Source: a virus (lineage: Monodnaviria; Loebvirae; Hofneiviricota; Faserviricetes; Tubulavirales). From it: a stretch of 7,415 bases of DNA. This document shows positions 1-7,415 of the stretch, piece by piece. The notes beneath the pieces are model-generated. The model made no database searches. It saw only the letters and a list, made by a program, of their open reading frames with translations, and had not been told where the DNA came from. The stretch is taken from IMG/VR virus record IMGVR_UViG_2648501390_000001; one strand, 5' to 3'. Made by a program: the position numbers and the translations under genes. Numbering within the stretch: position 1 is the first letter of the stretch; each line of letters starts with the position of its first letter.

Positions 1-2001
<2,001 letters not shown>

Positions 2002-2031
2002 CTGAATTTTTAACATTGAGGAGTCTGATTT

Positions 2032-2457
2032 ATGAATCAAATTTATGACAGTTTTCCGTTTCCTTCCCCTGAGGGTTTTACCGCAGGTATGACAATGGCG
2101 GGATATTTTATTCACGCCACTGTCATAAATGATGAGGAGTTAAAACCCACGGGTTCTCATTATAACCCTGAGGCCAAACCCAAATATGCCATTGTTATTG
2201 CCTATCCGTATGAGGACCGAAAATTAAAAGTCCGCCGTGAGGAGCATGAGCGATTTTCCTGTACTGAGGAGGATTTTAAATTTTTTAATTCATGTCCTGA
2301 TTTGCAGGGCAAACCTGTTTATCTCACGGTGGATGTTAACTCATGGTCGACAGGCTCTGAACGTCATGGTGTCTGGTATCGTTTTATTTCCGGCTCCATG
2401 AAACGTTTTGACGGTCAGCCGCTGGGTGCACTGCCCGCAGGTAAAGAAAAAGGCTGA
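2032..2457 (+). CDS. Hypothetical protein in the gV position (possible ssDNA-binding protein), 141 aa
   Basis: ATG at 2032 preceded by GAGGAG (2018..2023) at 8-nt spacing, starting 30 nt after the initiator stop. The functional call rests on synteny only; I see no convincing sequence similarity to M13 gVp (87 aa). Confidence 0.6.
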   Translation: MNQIYDSFPFPSPEGFTAGMTMAGYFIHATVINDEELKPTGSHYNPEAKPKYAIVIAYPYEDRKLKVRREEHERFSCTEEDFKFFNSCPDLQGKPVYLTVDVNSWSTGSERHGVWYRFISGSMKRFDGQPLGALPAGKEKG

Positions 2458-2461
2458 TGAT

Positions 2462-2602
2462 ATGTCTGACGCTGATTTTCTGAACTTTGTTTTATTTGCT
2501 GCGCCTGCAATGATTTTATTTTCTTCAGGTTTTGGCATCGGAATAAAACTGATTCGCGCCTGTGACTCACAAAGCATTACTGTTCAGCGTTATTATGACT
2601 GA
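2462..2602 (+). CDS. Small hydrophobic virion protein (gVII/gIX-like minor coat protein), 46 aa
   Basis: ATG at 2462, 4 nt after the preceding stop. It encodes one predicted transmembrane helix (FLNFVLFAAPAMILFSSGFGIGI). Size and position match Ff gVII. The six-frame track's start at 2408 would overlap the upstream gene by 50 nt, so I prefer the in-frame ATG at 2462. Confidence 0.55.
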   Translation: MSDADFLNFVLFAAPAMILFSSGFGIGIKLIRACDSQSITVQRYYD

Positions 2603-2765
2603 ATTTGATTTCAGCGGTGTTTTATCCGCACTGAATTCTGGCGTACAGGACGGGGAGCTTTACTGGGCCGTTCTGTATGTCTGGATTGTCTGCTGGCTTC
2701 TTGGCTTTGGCCTTGGTGTTATTTTCACTCTGGTCTGCCGGATGTTCAGCGATGCTGTTAATTAA
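2595..2765 (+). CDS. Small hydrophobic virion protein (gIX/gVII-like minor coat protein), 56 aa
   Basis: ATG at 2595 overlaps the upstream stop (ATGACTGA, translational coupling). Hydrophobic core YWAVLYVWIVCWLLGFGLGVIFTLV. Position matches Ff gIX, immediately before the major coat gene. Confidence 0.55.
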   Translation: MTEFDFSGVLSALNSGVQDGELYWAVLYVWIVCWLLGFGLGVIFTLVCRMFSDAVN

Positions 2766-2771
2766 TTTTAA

Positions 2772-3032
<261 letters not shown>

Positions 3033-3047
3033 TAGTTATTTAACGAC

Positions 3048-3070
3048 AGCGCCCTTCGGGGCGCTTTTTT
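3048..3070 (+). terminator. Rho-independent terminator after the major coat gene
   Basis: Perfect 7-bp GC-rich stem AGCGCCC (3048..3054) and GGGCGCT (3059..3065) around a TTCG tetraloop, followed by a T-tract to 3070. Located 16 nt after the gVIII stop, as in Ff phages. Confidence 0.85.
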
Positions 3071-3074
3071 AATC

Positions 3075-4358
3075 ATGCCAGGAGTGTTTTGCTTGATTCG
3101 TTTTATTATTTCGCTTCTGTTTTTGTTCTTTTCTTCGCTTTCTTTTGCTGAGGAGAAAGAAGATCCGGATAAGCTTGTTCAGTGTTTTGGCCGTTTCAAC
3201 TGCAGAACAGCTTATTCAGATGCGGGAGCATCGATTAAATTAGCCAGGGGAGCTGGTCATATTTATTGTGGTTCCAGTGGTTACGACGCGTGCTCCGGAA
3301 TAATTCATTATTGCGGTAGTAAGCTATCAGACTCGTCTAGCGCGCCTTCCACCGTTGGGGTTTTTGTCCATGCCCGGTGGTCCGCATATAAAGTCTGGGA
3401 TTTAGAGAAGCGAGAGTGGGAAACCTGCACTCTTGATTTTCAGGGTGGTGAGGGGGATTTGACACCTGAATATAATAAGCCGCCAACTGACGAGATTTGT
3501 CTTTCTCGTCCGGTTCTTGATGGTATGACTTTTCCTGGTGTTTATAAAGGTGATGACGGGACCCGTTATGTTAATGTGCAGGGGTGTATTTATGAGGCAA
3601 CCGGCAATCCTTTTATTTGTAATCCCGATGATGATACGGTTTGTACTGCCAACTGGAAACCAGTTGCTGTAGATCCTGCATTCTCCGATGATAAGGAGGA
3701 TGGCGGTAGCTCAGGTGGTGGCAGTTCCGGTGGTGGTAACTCAGGCGGCGGCAGCTCAGGTGGTGGCAGCTCAGGTGGTGGCAGTTCTGGCGGTGGTGGT
3801 AACTCAGGCGGTGGCAGCTCAGGTGGTGGTAACTCAGGCGGCGGCAGCTCAGGTGGTGGTAACTCAGGCGGTGGCAGTTCCTCCGGCGATGGCTGGCTTG
3901 GTGATATTCTTGGCTGGTTGCAGCGTATTTGGGTTTCAGTGAATGATTTGAATAGTTTCTTTTCTTTTTCTCAGGCTGATGTAAATAATTCACTGAATAC
4001 TTTTGATGACCAGCTGTCTGATATTGTTAAAAATGAATCGGGTGATTCATCAAATGATTATGATTCTTTAACCTCTCAGTTTATTGATAAGCTACCTAAG
4101 GAGTGGTTATTTATTGATTTCGACAAGTTATTTTTTCCTGGTAATCATCGTTCTGATGGGGCTCAGCCACTTGAGGTTGATTTTTCATTTTATCTTCCGG
4201 TGATTGGGACTGTACATTTTACAGTTGACACATCCGATTTTTCATCAGCTTATGATTTGTTGTTAAGGCCTGTTCTGGAATATTTTATTTATGCACTTAC
4301 TGTTTTTCGTCTTTATTTTGTTTACCGTCGCGCCCTGATGCGTCATGCTGAGGTTTAG
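3075..4358 (+). CDS. gIII: Adsorption / minor coat protein (gIII-like), 427 aa
   Basis: N-terminal signal peptide (probable cleavage after SLSFA), Cys-rich N-terminal domains, an approximately 60-aa Gly/Ser/Asn linker, and a C-terminal domain ending in a hydrophobic anchor (LEYFIYALTVFRLYFVY) plus basic tail. This is the pIII architecture. ATG 3075 has no Shine-Dalgarno because it abuts the terminator T-tract; an in-frame TTG at 3093 has AGGAG (3080..3084) 8 nt upstream and would give a textbook signal peptide, so the true start may be 3093. Confidence 0.88.
   Translation: MPGVFCLIRFIISLLFLFFSSLSFAEEKEDPDKLVQCFGRFNCRTAYSDAGASIKLARGAGHIYCGSSGYDACSGIIHYCGSKLSDSSSAPSTVGVFVHARWSAYKVWDLEKREWETCTLDFQGGEGDLTPEYNKPPTDEICLSRPVLDGMTFPGVYKGDDGTRYVNVQGCIYEATGNPFICNPDDDTVCTANWKPVAVDPAFSDDKEDGGSSGGGSSGGGNSGGGSSGGGSSGGGSSGGGGNSGGGSSGGGNSGGGSSGGGNSGGGSSSGDGWLGDILGWLQRIWVSVNDLNSFFSFSQADVNNSLNTFDDQLSDIVKNESGDSSNDYDSLTSQFIDKLPKEWLFIDFDKLFFPGNHRSDGAQPLEVDFSFYLPVIGTVHFTVDTSDFSSAYDLLLRPVLEYFIYALTVFRLYFVYRRALMRHAEV
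3702..3885 (+). repeat. Tandem near-identical 15-nt (5-codon) repeats encoding the (S/N)SGGG linker of gIII, about 11 units
   Basis: Alternating units AGCTCAGGTGGTGGC and AACTCAGGCGGCGGC (with variants) read directly in the sequence; translated as GGSSGGGSSGGGNSGGG... The repeat also produces the artefactual ORFs 3613..3993 (-) and 3688..3942 (+). Confidence 0.9.
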
Positions 4359-4360
4359 TT

Positions 4361-4723
4361 ATGGTTGTTTTTATTAATTTCATTTATTCTTTTGTGCTTA
4401 TTATTTTCAGGAGGCTGCTACCTTTCCTCAGAAATAAGTTTCCTTCTGCTTTTTCTTATGCGGGTACATTAACGTATCTTTTTATGTCGATTTCTCTTGC
4501 TGTAAGTTTTATTATTGCAGCAAACTCTGTTATTGATACTGTTTCTTCTTCTGCTGTTATGAACAGGTACCTTATTATTGCGTTCAGCTATTTACCCCAT
4601 AACTTTACATTTTGCGCAAATCTCATTATCGCCGCTGATTTTATTTCTTTTCTTTTTCACTCAAAGGAACGTATTTATCGATATATTCGCTTGTTTATAT
4701 CAGGGAAAATACCGGGAGGCTAA
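4361..4723 (+). CDS. gVI: Minor coat protein (gVI-like), 120 aa, polytopic hydrophobic
   Basis: ATG 4361 lies 2 nt after the gIII stop, with GAGG 7 nt upstream. Very hydrophobic 120-aa product with several predicted transmembrane segments; size (M13 pVI is 112 aa) and position after gIII fit. Confidence 0.75.
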   Translation: MVVFINFIYSFVLIIFRRLLPFLRNKFPSAFSYAGTLTYLFMSISLAVSFIIAANSVIDTVSSSAVMNRYLIIAFSYLPHNFTFCANLIIAADFISFLFHSKERIYRYIRLFISGKIPGG

Positions 4724-5938
<1,215 letters not shown>

Positions 5939-5947
5939 GACAGAAGA

Positions 5948-6007
5948 GATACCGCTCGCCGCAAGTTTATGACCGAACGTAGTGAGCGAATAAACGAGGA
6001 AGCGGAA
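5948..6007 (+). other. Noncoding element in the gI-gIV spacer resembling the region downstream of the pMB1/ColE1 origin; candidate primosome-assembly site or complementary-strand origin
   Basis: GATACCGCTCGCCGCA (5948..5963), GACCGA (5971..5976), AGTGAGCGA (5981..5989) and CGAGGAAGCGGAA (5995..6007) occur in the same order as in pBR322/pUC-type vector sequence between the origin and the lac region, as I recall it. The match is from memory and not computed. Confidence 0.35.
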
Positions 6008-6018
6008 TGTCTTCATGA

Positions 6019-7272
<1,254 letters not shown>

Positions 7273-7325
7273 GTGCCGACCGGGATTATCAGGACGCGGC
7301 ATCTCAGTTTACCCACCACAACGTC

Positions 7326-7353
7326 AGTGCGCATAATGTATATTATGTTAAAT
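7326..7353 (+). other. dif: dif-like XerC/XerD recombination site (prophage attachment junction)
   Basis: AGTGCGCATAA-TGTATA-TTATGTTAAAT matches the E. coli dif 28-mer (GGTGCGCATAA TGTATA TTATGTTAAAT, from memory) at 27 of 28 positions; the only difference is the first base of the XerC arm. Lies 53 bp downstream of the gIV stop. Confidence 0.8.
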
Positions 7354-7415
7354 TGAATTTGAGTGATGCGAAGCGATTTTCCGGTCGTCGTTATTACTTC
7401 AGGGTTCCAGAACAT

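Noticed and set aside
3702-3885. Short regularly spaced repeats that might suggest a CRISPR array
   Set aside because: The units are contiguous 15-mers with no spacers, lie in frame inside gIII, and encode a Gly/Ser linker; this is not CRISPR.
3613-3993. ORFs 3613..3993 (-) and 3688..3942 (+) with periodic HHLSC or VVAAQ peptides
   Set aside because: Direct artefacts of translating the gIII 15-nt tandem repeat in other frames or on the other strand.

Overview
The window is almost entirely one integrated filamentous phage (inovirus, Ff/M13-like gene order), all genes on the + strand: a 666-aa rolling-circle replication initiator (1..2001), a 141-aa protein in the gV position, two small hydrophobic gVII/gIX-like proteins, major coat protein gVIII followed by a clear rho-independent terminator, adsorption protein gIII with a Gly/Ser/Asn tandem-repeat linker, gVI, the Zot-family assembly ATPase gI, and the secretin gIV. 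Directly after gIV (7326..7353) there is a 28-bp site matching the E. coli dif XerC/XerD site as I remember it (27 of 28), and no integrase is present, so this looks like an XerCD-dependent prophage of the CTXphi / CUS-1 / Ypf kind; that family assignment is from memory and needs a database search. The points most worth follow-up are: (i) the 110-bp gI-gIV intergenic spacer, which carries sequence blocks I recognise from the region just downstream of the pMB1/ColE1 plasmid origin, suggesting a candidate primosome-assembly or complementary-strand origin; (ii) a phiX174 gpA-like double-tyrosine initiator in place of the Ff-type gII; (iii) a sharp composition mosaic, with an AT-rich block over the gIII C-domain and gVI between GC-rich replication and export genes; (iv) a terminator abutting the gIII start; and (v) a Ser/Gly-rich insert in the secretin. 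I see no rRNA, tRNA or CRISPR. All other ORFs in the six-frame track look like overlap or repeat artefacts.
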